A stretch of DNA of 64,000 nucleotides from a bacterium. GTDB lineage: Bacteria; Cyanobacteriota; Vampirovibrionia; Gastranaerophilales; Gastranaerophilaceae. The notes below the pieces were generated by a model that was not told the origin of the DNA, ran no database searches, and worked only from the letters and a program-made list of their open reading frames with translations. The position numbers were made by a program, and so were the translations under genes. Shown here piece after piece: positions 1-10,247 of the stretch. Positions within the stretch are counted from its first letter, which is position 1, and each line of letters begins with the position of its first letter. The stretch lies in the NCBI GenBank assembly GCA_017478515.1, contig JAFVDH010000004.1, positions 172 to 64,171 on the forward strand. Direction: 5' to 3'.

Positions 1-1
1 T

Positions 2-619
2 GATTGTTGGGATAAAATAGATGCTCTTGTTGAGGAGGCCGCCGGATTGCAAAATGAACTGGAAACATATATAACAGAATTAGATGATGTATACGAAGAA
101 GACTATAATCTGTTAAGTAATATTAGAGATTTTAAACAACAAGTTGAAATTTCACAAGAAGAATTAGATGATATAGAGCAATGTGGCGAAAATTGTGTTG
201 CATATTTAACAGGTATGGCTGTAAATATTTCGAATGATAAAACTTTAGAAGATACAGCTGAAAAAATATTTAATTTAACAGAGGAGTCAAGACAAGTTTA
301 CCAAATATTTCTGGAACACAAACATGAGATGGAAGAAACCAGAGATGGAATGGATAAATATTATCATGCAAAAGCTAATTGTACTGCTGCTGAACTTGGA
401 TTAATTCAAGAATTATGGGCTGTGCTTCTTAGTATTTCAAAAGAAGTAAAAGATTTTGTCTATAAAGTTTTTAAATATCATATGGCTTTCAAAGATGTTG
501 CACAAGATTGCCTGCAAGATTTAAAGGCTGATTGGTACGGAATTCAAAAAGCAAAAGAGCATGGATATTGTTCTGATAAAGTAAAAGATGTTTATAAAGA
601 TGTATTTAATAAATATTAA
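2..619 (+). CDS. C-terminal part of a larger protein (frame open to window edge); last ~100 aa resemble a serum amyloid A (SAA)-like domain
   Basis: The frame of the listed 47..619 ORF has no stop back to nt 2, and the listed start is TTG. Motifs DKYYHAKANCTAAE..WAV..ISKE..DLKADWYG parallel vertebrate SAA [33 protein letters not shown] (from memory, not a software alignment). Confidence 0.5.
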   Translation, partial: DCWDKIDALVEEAAGLQNELETYITELDDVYEEDYNLLSNIRDFKQQVEISQEELDDIEQCGENCVAYLTGMAVNISNDKTLEDTAEKIFNLTEESRQVYQIFLEHKHEMEETRDGMDKYYHAKANCTAAELGLIQELWAVLLSISKEVKDFVYKVFKYHMAFKDVAQDCLQDLKADWYGIQKAKEHGYCSDKVKDVYKDVFNKY

Positions 620-621
620 AA

Positions 622-1053
622 TTAAAGGTTTATAGCAGCCAACAATAATGCCAAATAAATATATCCAAAAAATATTAGTGTAACAAGGTTAAATAAAATT
701 ATTAACAAATCTTTCATCTTTCTGTTTTTTGAAAATATTTTAACGAATAAAGTAACAATTTGAGTAATTAAGCAAATAGGAACTACTAAAAGGTAATTTA
801 TTACAGCAAAAATAAAAAAAGCTTCGGATAAGTTTTCAATGTTAAGTTCTATCGCTGTAAAAATTAATAATATCGGTAAAAATATGGATATTATGAGTAT
901 TATCAGCGATAGAATAAAAATTTTATCTGTTTTGTTAAAAAATATCTTCTGCATAGTTCCATCATAATACAAAGAAGAAAAAGCCTTTAAATCTCTATGA
1001 AAAATTTGTAAAATTAATAAGTTGTACGATTTAAGGAGAGATATAAATGGCAA
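622..1053 (-). CDS. Small multi-pass membrane protein, function unknown (true start possibly the internal Met giving 622..954)
   Basis: Hydrophobic ORF with 3-4 predicted TM stretches. The listed start overlaps the divergent gene at 1047, so the internal start MQKIFF is more plausible. Confidence 0.35.
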   Translation of the reverse strand: MPFISLLKSYNLLILQIFHRDLKAFSSLYYDGTMQKIFFNKTDKIFILSLIILIISIFLPILLIFTAIELNIENLSEAFFIFAVINYLLVVPICLITQIVTLFVKIFSKNRKMKDLLIILFNLVTLIFFGYIYLALLLAAINL

Positions 1054-1961
1054 ATTTAAAAGATTTTTTTAACAAAGTTTCAAACAGCAATAGAATATTT
1101 ACTGCAGAAGACATAGGCGAAATGTCAGGAAGTGAATATGAACAAAATGAAAAAGCAATTTATCATCAGTTGCAAAATTTAGGTGTTCCAAGACGTAATC
1201 AACTTAACGGAAATCCTGATGTAATTTATGTCCATTCCTACGTTAAGGAAGACGGAACTCATGTGAAAGCACATTATCGTTCAAAAAATGGTGGGGTAAC
1301 AGGATTTGCAACAAATACAAGTAACTATGATTTAAGTAATAGTTCTAAATCAAAAGAAATAAAACCGGCAGATTTTTCAAACTTAGAAAATTCTAATATT
1401 TTGGCAAAATATAATGCTGAACAAAATAAAAGTCGTCCGGATGCACGTGAATTAATGAATATTGGGTTATCAGGCTTTAAGAATTTGCCTGAACATTTAG
1501 AATTTAGTGTTTTTCAACCGGAATCAGCTGATTACGTTAATGAACAATTAAATATTAAAAACTCAAAAGGCTTAGCAATTCCAAAAAATTGGCATGGAGT
1601 CATATATGATAATAATAGTGGTTTTAGTAATCGTTTATCAAATTCTCCGGAATTGCAAGAACAGGTTATTAAACATTATGATAATAAAACAAAATCATTT
1701 ACATCAAATCAGATATTAATAGACTTTAAACAAGATAAAAATTTAGCTTATTCAATAGGACATGGTACTATTTTAAATCCAAGAGTAGAAAATGGGGAAT
1801 TTAAAGCTATCTTATTTGACAAATATGATTTCCAATGGCTTAACAAAGAAAAATTGTCGGATGATAATACTAGAAATTTAAACAACAATGCATATATATT
1901 ACAAATTTTAAAACAAATTGAAAATTATTATGTTATAATTCCCGTAAGATTTAAATTATAG
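1047..1961 (+). CDS. Hypothetical protein, 304 aa, no signal peptide
   Basis: Long ORF with an AGGAG-like RBS (aaggagag) upstream. No catalytic motif recognised. Confidence 0.5.
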   Translation: MANLKDFFNKVSNSNRIFTAEDIGEMSGSEYEQNEKAIYHQLQNLGVPRRNQLNGNPDVIYVHSYVKEDGTHVKAHYRSKNGGVTGFATNTSNYDLSNSSKSKEIKPADFSNLENSNILAKYNAEQNKSRPDARELMNIGLSGFKNLPEHLEFSVFQPESADYVNEQLNIKNSKGLAIPKNWHGVIYDNNSGFSNRLSNSPELQEQVIKHYDNKTKSFTSNQILIDFKQDKNLAYSIGHGTILNPRVENGEFKAILFDKYDFQWLNKEKLSDDNTRNLNNNAYILQILKQIENYYVIIPVRFKL

Positions 1962-1970
1962 GATTGATAT

Positions 1971-2429
1971 ATGTATAACATTTGTAAAAATGTATTTTGT
2001 TTAGTACTTATACATATTTTAATATTTATTTTATGTACCTCTGCTATGCACATTTTCTCAATAGTTATGTTTTCTGCATTAGGGGATGATATTGCTCCTG
2101 CCATTTATTCTTTATTAAATTGGTTAGTAATTGTACTATTAATGGGACGATTATTCATATTACCAATTGCATACAAAATATTAGAAAATTCTAAAAATTT
2201 TAATTTAATATCAAAATTTATTAAAATTTTAAAAAAATCTCTTTTTTTTAAAATAGTAGTTTTAATTTTATCTTATTATCTACCTTGTTTTAGTGGTATT
2301 CCGTCCGATTATACTGATTTTTACAAAAAATTTATTTTTAGTTTATGTGTAGGTTTTCTTGGGAATTATCTGGTATTATTTGTTTATTGGTTTGTAGAGG
2401 GTAAAATCAAACAATTAAAAGCAAAATAA
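1971..2429 (+). CDS. Small multi-pass membrane protein, function unknown
   Basis: ORF 10 nt downstream of the previous gene. Four hydrophobic segments. Confidence 0.45.
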   Translation: MYNICKNVFCLVLIHILIFILCTSAMHIFSIVMFSALGDDIAPAIYSLLNWLVIVLLMGRLFILPIAYKILENSKNFNLISKFIKILKKSLFFKIVVLILSYYLPCFSGIPSDYTDFYKKFIFSLCVGFLGNYLVLFVYWFVEGKIKQLKAK

Positions 2430-2572
2430 ATACTTTACACAAATACGTATAAAAATATTTTATACCACTCAAATACGGAGTAATTTTTTGTCGATGATTA
2501 AATATAAAGATGTATTTGGGAATTGTTTAATCATGTTTGGTATTGTCGTTAATATTATGCTACAATTCATCT

Positions 2573-3508
2573 ATGAAAAAAATTCTTGTTGTTGCACCTC
2601 AATATGTCGGAGACAGTATTCTTGTTATCCCGTTTTTACGTCAGTTGAGAAAGGCCTATCCTGACAGTTTAATTGATGTCGTTTCTAAAAATGCAGGAAA
2701 ACTTGTTTTAGAGGGTTGTCCATATATTGATAATATCTGTTTAAAAGACGATTTGAAACCAAATTTTTATGAAAAAGCATACATCTTAAAACGTTCGCTT
2801 TCTGCCGCATTACTTGCTAAAAAATTAAAAATAAAAGATACGGTAGGTTTTGGCGGACAATTTAGGGAATTTCTTTTAACAAAAATAGTAAAGTACAAAG
2901 GAACATCAAAACATGAATTGGAACATTTTATGGATGTTTTGCAGGCAGATGATATTGATATAACAGATGAATGCTTGGAATATTGGATAAACGATGCGGA
3001 TGTTGATTTTGTCCAAAAATATTTTACAGAGAATAAAAAGAAAGCTCTTATTGTTACTTCGTCTTCTACTTATGTTAAAAATTGGACTGTTGACGGGTTT
3101 AATGATGTTATAAAGTTTTTAAATGAAAACAACTTTGAATGTTTTATCGTTGGAACTGAAAAAGAAAAAGATTTTAATAATCAGTTTACAGGGGTAAAAA
3201 ATTTATGCGGAGAACTGACTTTTGGTCAAATTTCCGCTCTTATAAGCAAAATGGACTTGGTTTTTGGTATAGATAGCGGATTTTGTCATATGGCATCTGC
3301 TTTTAACAAAAAAACTATTGCACTTTTCGGTTCAACTTCTTTAACTCAGTGGAAATTGTCAGGTCAAAATTCTCATACTCTTTCTTTGAATTTAGCTTGT
3401 TCGCCTTGCAAAAAACCTAAAAAGTGCAAAAATGATTTTAAATGTATGAAAGATTTTTCTTCTCAATTTGTGATAGAATATTTAAAAAATAATGGCTTGG
3501 TTGAATAA
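2573..3508 (+). CDS. Glycosyltransferase family 9 (LPS heptosyltransferase-like)
   Basis: N-terminus KKILVVAPQYVGDSILVIPFLRQLR and C-terminal GxDSGxxHMA are typical GT9. I start at the ATG at 2573 rather than the TTG at 2537. Confidence 0.8.
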   Translation: MKKILVVAPQYVGDSILVIPFLRQLRKAYPDSLIDVVSKNAGKLVLEGCPYIDNICLKDDLKPNFYEKAYILKRSLSAALLAKKLKIKDTVGFGGQFREFLLTKIVKYKGTSKHELEHFMDVLQADDIDITDECLEYWINDADVDFVQKYFTENKKKALIVTSSSTYVKNWTVDGFNDVIKFLNENNFECFIVGTEKEKDFNNQFTGVKNLCGELTFGQISALISKMDLVFGIDSGFCHMASAFNKKTIALFGSTSLTQWKLSGQNSHTLSLNLACSPCKKPKKCKNDFKCMKDFSSQFVIEYLKNNGLVE

Positions 3509-3510
3509 TT

Positions 3511-4209
3511 ATGAAAAAATTTTTCTTAAAAAGTTTGTATAAAAGAATAATAAATATAATCTTTCATCCTTTTTTAGGAATGAATATAAAGCCTATACCG
3601 CTTGTATTAAAGGATACGGACAGATGTTTAATTATTGCTCCTCATCCGGATGATGAAAGCATCGGCTGCGGCGGAATTATGGCTCGTTATCCGAAAAATT
3701 TTAATGTAATTTGTCTTACGCATGGTGACGATGAACGTAAAATCGAATTTGAAAATGCGATGAATTATCTTAATGTTGAACATGAAATTCTAAATCTTAA
3801 AGATAAACATATTTCTGATGGGTATGAAAAATTTTCAAAAATTGATTTTAGCGGTTTTAATTATGTTTTTGTTCCGTATATTTTTGACCAGCATAGTGAC
3901 CATAAGGCTGTGAGTGTTTTGTTAAACAAATATCTGCAAAAAAATAAAATTTCGGATGGGCTTAATATTGTTTTTTATGAAGTTTGGTCTGCAATGAATA
4001 TGCCTAACTATTTTGTTGATATAACTTATGTCGTTGAAAAAAAGAGAGATGCCATAAATTTTCATAAAAGTCAGGTTGATGAAAAAGATTATGCCTCAAA
4101 AATTTTGGGATTAAACATGTACAGAGGAATGCTTACAAATTCAAAGGCAGTCGAATGTTTCACCGTTTTATCCGTTAAAGAATTCAAAAAAGTAATAAAA
4201 GGATTTTAA
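3511..4209 (+). CDS. PIG-L/LmbE family N-acetylglucosaminyl deacetylase
   Basis: Metal-site motifs APHPDDESIGCGG and DQHSDH. Confidence 0.8.
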   Translation: MKKFFLKSLYKRIINIIFHPFLGMNIKPIPLVLKDTDRCLIIAPHPDDESIGCGGIMARYPKNFNVICLTHGDDERKIEFENAMNYLNVEHEILNLKDKHISDGYEKFSKIDFSGFNYVFVPYIFDQHSDHKAVSVLLNKYLQKNKISDGLNIVFYEVWSAMNMPNYFVDITYVVEKKRDAINFHKSQVDEKDYASKILGLNMYRGMLTNSKAVECFTVLSVKEFKKVIKGF

Positions 4210-4217
4210 TTTAATCT

Positions 4218-5153
4218 ATGAATGAAAATAATAACCCTCTCGTGTCCGTTATAATTCCCGTGTATAATCACGAAAACTATGTACAAACGACTATAAAATC
4301 AATAATTAACCAAACTTATAAAAATATTGAACTTATTGTTATTGATGACGGTTCTAAAGATGATTCGTTCAGTAGAATTTTAGAATTGAAACAAGAGTGC
4401 GATAACCGTTTTTCTAATGTTATTATGGAAACAAAAGAAAATGAGGGTACTTGCAGAACCTATAATAAATTGATTTCAAGGGCAAACGGGGAATATATTT
4501 ATTTAATTGCATCGGATGATATTTCAAAGCCTACGGCGATAGAAAAAGAAGTTGAATTTTTGGAAAATAATTCAGATTACGTTCTTGTTGTGGGTAATCA
4601 GGAAAATATAGACAAGGACGGGAAACGAATTTATTTTGATAAAAATGCTCAGATAACATATGACGAAAATTCTGCAGTGTATAAAACTACAGAGTTTTTG
4701 CAGGAAAAAAGAAAAATTAATTTTAAATCATCGGATTTTGGAGAGTATTCTACATTTTTGGCTGTTGGAAATTATCTTCCGAACGGTTATCTTGTAAGAA
4801 AGGCAACTCTTGATTTTGCGGGGAATTTTACTCCTGAAGCACCGCTGGAAGACTACTGGGAAATGATGCAGCTTTCTAAATACGGTAAGTTTAAGTTTTT
4901 AGATGAAATATTGTTTTCGTATCGTCTTCATGGCGAAAATACAGTTACTCAAAATAAAAAAATGAGAATGATGGCAAGAAAAACCCTTAAGTATGAGTTT
5001 GAAATCCTTAAATCACTTAAAAAAACAGGTTTTGAAAACTGTCTGCCAAATGTTCGAAAAACATATTATCTTTATAAATTTTTTGGTAAACTTGCCAAAT
5101 TTTATAAAAAATACGAATTAAAACAAAGATATAACAACTTAAAAGCAATTTAA
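4218..5153 (+). CDS. Glycosyltransferase family 2
   Basis: VSVIIPVYNHENY...IELIVIDDGSKDDS...ASDD motifs. Confidence 0.85.
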   Translation: MNENNNPLVSVIIPVYNHENYVQTTIKSIINQTYKNIELIVIDDGSKDDSFSRILELKQECDNRFSNVIMETKENEGTCRTYNKLISRANGEYIYLIASDDISKPTAIEKEVEFLENNSDYVLVVGNQENIDKDGKRIYFDKNAQITYDENSAVYKTTEFLQEKRKINFKSSDFGEYSTFLAVGNYLPNGYLVRKATLDFAGNFTPEAPLEDYWEMMQLSKYGKFKFLDEILFSYRLHGENTVTQNKKMRMMARKTLKYEFEILKSLKKTGFENCLPNVRKTYYLYKFFGKLAKFYKKYELKQRYNNLKAI

Positions 5154-6236
5154 AATATTATCGACAAAATTTTTCCAAGTATATTTTTTTGAAGTAATAA
5201 AAGCTTTTTCCGCCAATTTATTATAATCATCAGTAAAATATATTTTATACATTGTTTTTAATTGTTTTACAAAATCAAAAAACGAGTTTCTGTTAAAAAT
5301 TAATCCGTTTTCATTATGTTTAATAATTTCCGCAACGCCGGTTGTAGAAGATATTACGCATGGTTTTCCTGCGGACATTGTTTCCAGTGCAACAAGGCCG
5401 AAAGCCTCGTTTTTGCTTGGAAGCACCAAACAATCAAGAGTTTTATAGTATTCAATAATATTATCCAGCGGGTCAATAAATTCTATATTTTTTGAAAGCC
5501 CTGCTAATTTTAGAACCGATTTTACGGCAGAATTATTTTTAAGCGATTTTGAAATGATTTTTGCTCGGAATTTTTTACATCCCAGAAGTTTTAATGCAAA
5601 TAGCCCTAAAATAAATAAATGTCCGCCTTTGTTTATTGAATTGTTTGCAACACAACCGAAAGTAATGTATTCATTTTTTGTGATTTCGGGCATGTGTTCA
5701 TAAATCTGATTACAGCCTAAATGGCAGGCATGTATGTTTTGCGGATTTAGGTTGTAATTTTTTACATAATCATCTTTTACGGACTGAGAAACGGCGAAAT
5801 ATTTGTTTCCTTCCGGTAAATTTTTAAATTGGGAATTTTGTTTTTGTATTTTTTTCTTTCCGAATAATTTTTTAATAATATTTGCAGGAAAACTCTCGTT
5901 ATTGCAGCGATGAATAAAGGATTGCGACTGCAAAATCGGATTATGTTTTAAGTATTCAAGGTTTGTGGTTAAAACTATATCGTAATTTTCCGATTGTAAA
6001 TGTTCTTCCATTTTTTTGTACAAATCAGAGAGATTTTCGTATTTTGTAAAGTTAATTATTTTAACGCCGTCAATATCCGTTTTTGGTGTACCTTTGCAGA
6101 TTATTGTAAGCTCTATATCGGGATTTTTTGCAAGCTCTAAGATAAGGTTTTTGCTAACTACGCTTGCACCTCCGCTTTTTGCCCCTCCTGCAAATATCCA
6201 ATTTAAATCAAATGTTAGTATGGCAGTTTTTTTCAT
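5139..6236 (-). CDS. Glycosyltransferase family 4 (GT1-fold)
   Basis: C-terminal PSKNEAFGLVALETMSAGKPCV (E-x7-E region). Confidence 0.8.
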   Translation of the reverse strand: MKKTAILTFDLNWIFAGGAKSGGASVVSKNLILELAKNPDIELTIICKGTPKTDIDGVKIINFTKYENLSDLYKKMEEHLQSENYDIVLTTNLEYLKHNPILQSQSFIHRCNNESFPANIIKKLFGKKKIQKQNSQFKNLPEGNKYFAVSQSVKDDYVKNYNLNPQNIHACHLGCNQIYEHMPEITKNEYITFGCVANNSINKGGHLFILGLFALKLLGCKKFRAKIISKSLKNNSAVKSVLKLAGLSKNIEFIDPLDNIIEYYKTLDCLVLPSKNEAFGLVALETMSAGKPCVISSTTGVAEIIKHNENGLIFNRNSFFDFVKQLKTMYKIYFTDDYNKLAEKAFITSKKYTWKNFVDNILNCF

Positions 6237-7129
6237 TAATCTTTTAAAAATCCTTCTAACATTTCATAAATTAACTCATTTTTGCCTTTGCAGTCTATCC
6301 ATTCAGAGGCACATTCCGTGTGAAGCCAGGTTCTGTCAAGAAAATATTGTACCATAGCTTCCTGAATTATTTTACCCTCTTGCTCGTTTTCGTTAGCGGG
6401 ACGGTTTTCCCTTATGTTCCAAAGTTCCTCTTTTGCCTCAAAAACTTTGTTTCTGTCATATTTTGAATATAACGGATACCAATTTCCGCTTCCTGTGTCA
6501 GCACCCTCAGCTTTAAAAAGGTTGAAAATTCTGTATCTTCTAAAATTTAGTTTTAAATTTTTCAAATAATCATATTTAAAAAATCCAAATCCTGCCCAAA
6601 GATACCAAATTTTTGCTCTTTCTACTACATATCCGAAAAGATCTGTATTTTTAAGATAATCTTCGACATTAGTTTCTTTTATTGGCAGAATGTCGTGGTC
6701 TAACAGGGCGAAGTTGTTTTGGCGGGTTTTTATTATATTTTTATAAATTCTGTTTAATGCTCTTCCGTGCGAGTCGCTAAATCCGCTTGATTTTTCGGAG
6801 CTTGTGATGTTTATGTATGTGGTATCAAGTCTTTCACAGACAGCTCTTATTGCTTTTGCTTTTTCTTCATTATTGGAGTTATCGCAGATTATTTGAGTGT
6901 ACGAGCCTTTTAAAAATTTTTTGAATAGTTTTATCTGATATTCAACAATTTTAGGGTTGTTGAAAGCCACGGTAATCATATCTATAAAAGTTTTTTCGCT
7001 ATAATTTTGAGCATAATACGGCTTGACTTCTATCTTTAGGCCTGAAAGTCTTTTTGCTTCAGTTCTTTTTTGGCGTCTTAGTTTTGTTTCTGTTCTTTTT
7101 TGTTTTAATTTTTCAAAAAACTTTTTCAT
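6236..7129 (-). CDS. Putative GT-A-like glycosyltransferase with Lys/Arg-rich N-terminus
   Basis: ITVAFNNP...ICDNSNNEE and LLDHDILP (DxD-like). Translationally coupled to the GT4 gene. Weak assignment. Confidence 0.4.
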   Translation of the reverse strand: MKKFFEKLKQKRTETKLRRQKRTEAKRLSGLKIEVKPYYAQNYSEKTFIDMITVAFNNPKIVEYQIKLFKKFLKGSYTQIICDNSNNEEKAKAIRAVCERLDTTYINITSSEKSSGFSDSHGRALNRIYKNIIKTRQNNFALLDHDILPIKETNVEDYLKNTDLFGYVVERAKIWYLWAGFGFFKYDYLKNLKLNFRRYRIFNLFKAEGADTGSGNWYPLYSKYDRNKVFEAKEELWNIRENRPANENEQEGKIIQEAMVQYFLDRTWLHTECASEWIDCKGKNELIYEMLEGFLKD

Positions 7130-7192
7130 AATTATATTTTACAATAAAATAATATTCTTGCACGTAACAGTTTTTTTTGGTACCTTGAATGT

Positions 7193-8134
7193 ATGGATGA
7201 ACAAATATTTTTAGTTGTTAATTTGTCTTGTTTTGGCGATGTTTTATTGACTAATTCTTTATGTCAGAACTTAAAGCTTGTTTATCCTAATTCAAAAGTT
7301 GTCTTTTGCGTTGACAAACCTTTTGAAGAGGCTGCAAAATACCAGAAAGATGTTGATGATGTTATTGTTTTTGATAAAAAAGGGAAAGATAAAGGTTTTA
7401 TAAATCTTTTAAAATACGCATTTAACTGCAAATACAGAAATAAAATTGACGCATCTTTTGTTATTTACGGAAACAGTCGGGGGCTAATATTATCAAAACT
7501 TTTAGGTGCTAAAAGAATTGTTGCGGGAAGTGCTAAAAAGACTTTTCTTATAAACACTCCTCAGCCAAATTATTCAGGTGTTCCTCAAAAGCGTTCAAAC
7601 GAACTTTTGTCAGAGGTAATTACCGGTAAAAAAAGTCTGGATTTGCCCATAAAGTATTTTGTTGATAATGATGAAAATTTCAAATCGGAATTTTATAAAG
7701 AAAATGCTATAACTATTTGCTTTGAGGCAAATAACGAAACTAAAGATATGCCTATTGATACTGCTGTAGAAATAATTCAAAAGCTAAACGAAGACGGCAA
7801 AACAATATACTTTGTCGGTGCAGGAATTTCTGCCTCTGATTATGCAAATCAGTTGAGAATGAATGATTGTAATTTTATTGACCTGTCAAACAAAACAACA
7901 ATCAACGATTTAGCCAAAGTGTTGAAAATGACAAAGGGTTTAATATCAATAGATACGGGGGTTATGCATCTTGCATGTGCTTTGAATGTTCCTGTTTTGA
8001 GCGTATTTTTTAATACATCTATTATGGAAAGATGGGTTCCGTCAAAAGAGTTGTACAAAACAGACGTTGTTTTTGAAAACGTTACTGCGGAAAATATTGT
8101 AAATAAGTTTTATAATCTGGTGAAATATGAATAA
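7193..8134 (+). CDS. Glycosyltransferase family 9 (second heptosyltransferase-like)
   Basis: FLVVNLSCFGDVLLTNSL and SIDTGVMHLACAL motifs. Confidence 0.75.
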   Translation: MDEQIFLVVNLSCFGDVLLTNSLCQNLKLVYPNSKVVFCVDKPFEEAAKYQKDVDDVIVFDKKGKDKGFINLLKYAFNCKYRNKIDASFVIYGNSRGLILSKLLGAKRIVAGSAKKTFLINTPQPNYSGVPQKRSNELLSEVITGKKSLDLPIKYFVDNDENFKSEFYKENAITICFEANNETKDMPIDTAVEIIQKLNEDGKTIYFVGAGISASDYANQLRMNDCNFIDLSNKTTINDLAKVLKMTKGLISIDTGVMHLACALNVPVLSVFFNTSIMERWVPSKELYKTDVVFENVTAENIVNKFYNLVKYE

Positions 8135-9059
8135 GACAGAAATAGAATACATTGTTGTTGCATGCTGCACTTGTCTTAGACCTGAAACGCTCAGAAAGTC
8201 TCTGAAAACATACAAGTCTTTAATAAAACCCGAGCATATCAAAATAGATTTGCTTGTTGTTGATAATGATAAAGAGGCTTCTGCCTATGATGTTGCAAGT
8301 GAATTTGGTGCCGTATATTTTGTTGAAGAAAATCGTGGTATTGCAAATGCAAGAAACAGAGTTTTGAAAGAGGCCGTAAACCTTGGAGCAACTCATATTG
8401 CAATGTTTGATGATGACGGATTACTGGATGAAAACTGGCTTTTAAACCATGTTGAATTTTATAAAAATAATGAAGTTAATGTGGTTTCAGGGCCTCAATA
8501 CGTTCATTTTGACAAGGAATATCCAAAATATATTCAGGAAAATAATATTTTTAAAACAGGTACAACAAAGAAAAACGGCCAAATTTTAAAGAGTTGTGCG
8601 ACAAATAACGTGTTTATGCAATTGGATATCGTGAAAGACCACAAAATTCTCTTTAATTCTGAAAAATATGTTTTTATGGGCGGCGAAGACGGTGATTTCT
8701 TTTCGAGAGTAACTGATGCGGGATTTACTATAAGATTTAATAAAAATTCCATTGTAAAAGAACTTATTGAAGAAAATAGGGCAAATATAAAATGGATTTT
8801 AGACAGATATTATTACAACGGTTATTCCGGAGGGTATTTGAAATTTGGCGATTGCAAAGATAAATTTAAAAAGTTTAAATATCTTTTTAAAACGGCAGTT
8901 GTATTCGGTTTTGACTATGCGATGCTTTTCCCGTCTATGATTTTTGGCAAAAAAGCTTATTATAATATGCTCGGGATGACTTTGAAAACAAAAGGTAAAT
9001 TAGAGGGGGCTTATTTTGCAAAACCTTTGAATTACTACGAGAAAATTAACGGAAAATAG
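8127..9059 (+). CDS. Glycosyltransferase family 2
   Basis: VVACCTCLRPE...LLVVDNDKE...MFDDDG, plus overlap with the upstream gene. Confidence 0.75.
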   Translation: MNKTEIEYIVVACCTCLRPETLRKSLKTYKSLIKPEHIKIDLLVVDNDKEASAYDVASEFGAVYFVEENRGIANARNRVLKEAVNLGATHIAMFDDDGLLDENWLLNHVEFYKNNEVNVVSGPQYVHFDKEYPKYIQENNIFKTGTTKKNGQILKSCATNNVFMQLDIVKDHKILFNSEKYVFMGGEDGDFFSRVTDAGFTIRFNKNSIVKELIEENRANIKWILDRYYYNGYSGGYLKFGDCKDKFKKFKYLFKTAVVFGFDYAMLFPSMIFGKKAYYNMLGMTLKTKGKLEGAYFAKPLNYYEKINGK

Positions 9060-9070
9060 GTTTTAGAAAA

Positions 9071-9799
9071 ATGTCATTTATAAGATTAATAAAAAATAAA
9101 ATCGCAAGACGAAAACGCATAGCAGAAAATTGCTACGATAACATTATTTCGCTCGGGTATAACTGTGAAGTAACTTTTCGATTTTTGAAATATTTCGGAT
9201 TTGAAAATACAAATCTCTTTAATTGGACATATTCTTATTCGGTAAATGATTTAATAAATGCTCTGAATAACTTTGGTGACATATGTTCTGCTGAAATGAA
9301 AAACCCCGACCCTCTTTGGGAATGCGAAAAAACTCATTTAAGATTTCATGGAAAAGCTGATACTCGAATTTTTATGAAAGGCAGAGAAACAGAAGAAATT
9401 TTACAAGCTGATAAAGCAGATTTGCTGGGTAGAGTTGCTCATTTAAAAGAAAAATTTTTGAATATATTAAAGGATGATACTAAAAAACTTTATATCTACA
9501 AAATTAAAAAAGATGATATTGACGAAAATGTAAATGAAAAACTTTTGAAACTGTTAGCTGCTTTGAAAAATCTTGGCGGAAATAATTTTAAACTTTTAAT
9601 TGTCGCAGAAAAAGAAAATGCAAAGTATTTTACTGAAAATGAAAATTATATGGTTAGATTTGTAAAATATTTTGCACCGGATAATTGTCTTGTCCGAAAA
9701 AAATACTTTAACAACGGCTGGGATGATATTTACAACGAATTTTACGTTCAAATTCCAGATAAACAAGAAAATAAAAATAAAAAATACAAGTTTGATTAA
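9071..9799 (+). CDS. DUF1796-like protein (putative papain-like fold), glycan-locus associated
   Basis: N-terminal IISLGYNCEVTFRFLKYFG..NLFNW resembles the DUF1796 signature as I recall it. Confidence 0.45.
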   Translation: MSFIRLIKNKIARRKRIAENCYDNIISLGYNCEVTFRFLKYFGFENTNLFNWTYSYSVNDLINALNNFGDICSAEMKNPDPLWECEKTHLRFHGKADTRIFMKGRETEEILQADKADLLGRVAHLKEKFLNILKDDTKKLYIYKIKKDDIDENVNEKLLKLLAALKNLGGNNFKLLIVAEKENAKYFTENENYMVRFVKYFAPDNCLVRKKYFNNGWDDIYNEFYVQIPDKQENKNKKYKFD

Positions 9800-9841
9800 A
9801 ACAAATTTATGTTAAAATAAACTAAAATAGGTAAAAATACT

Positions 9842-10246
9842 ATGAGTATGAACTATAAAGTAATTAATACAAAATCTTTTGGTGATGAACAGGGAAGACT
9901 GGTATCGTTTGAAAAAGGCGTTAATTGTCCGTTTGAGGTTAAAAGAGCATTTTATATATATGATACAAAAGGCGAAACCTCAAGAGGCTGCCATGCAAAC
10001 AGAAATTCCGAATTTTTATTAATAGCAATAAACGGAAGCTGTAAAATAAAAATTGACGATGGCAAAAGTAAAGAAATTATTGAACTTACAAACCCATACA
10101 CTGCCTTATATTTAGATAAAATGCTATGGAAAGAGATGTATGATTTTTCGCATAATGCAATTTTGCTTGTCCTTGCAAGTACAAATTATGATGAACACGA
10201 ATATATAAGAAATTACGATGATTATTTAAAAGAGGTAAATAATTAA
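9842..10246 (+). CDS. FdtA/QdtA-type dTDP-4-keto-6-deoxyhexose 3,4-ketoisomerase (WxcM-like cupin)
   Basis: [26 protein letters not shown], ~134 aa size, and neighbours. Confidence 0.8.
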   Translation: MSMNYKVINTKSFGDEQGRLVSFEKGVNCPFEVKRAFYIYDTKGETSRGCHANRNSEFLLIAINGSCKIKIDDGKSKEIIELTNPYTALYLDKMLWKEMYDFSHNAILLVLASTNYDEHEYIRNYDDYLKEVNN

Positions 10247-10247
10247 A

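Noticed and set aside
6016-6357. Antisense or alternative-frame ORFs from the track. Examples: 6016..6357, 7023..7214, 7849..8242, 8534..8752, 12696..12884, 15074..15936, 17079..17303, 17950..19083, 20026..20716, 21863..23325, 23839..24159, 24844..25059, 26023..26334, 27985..28194, 30070..30339, 30504..30746, 30815..31571, 31708..31899, 35013..35544, 36293..37050, 38699..38929, 41154..41625, 43341..43592, 43921..44163, 45202..45393, 47236..49358, 49360..49590, 49875..50057, 50990..51292, 51828..52067, 53319..53525, 54934..55149, 55646..55855, 58462..58882, 59839..60036, 61167..61424, 62411..62599, 63025..63213.
   Set aside because: All lie inside, or antisense to, longer ORFs with clear family signatures. 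They have low-complexity translations and no RBS.
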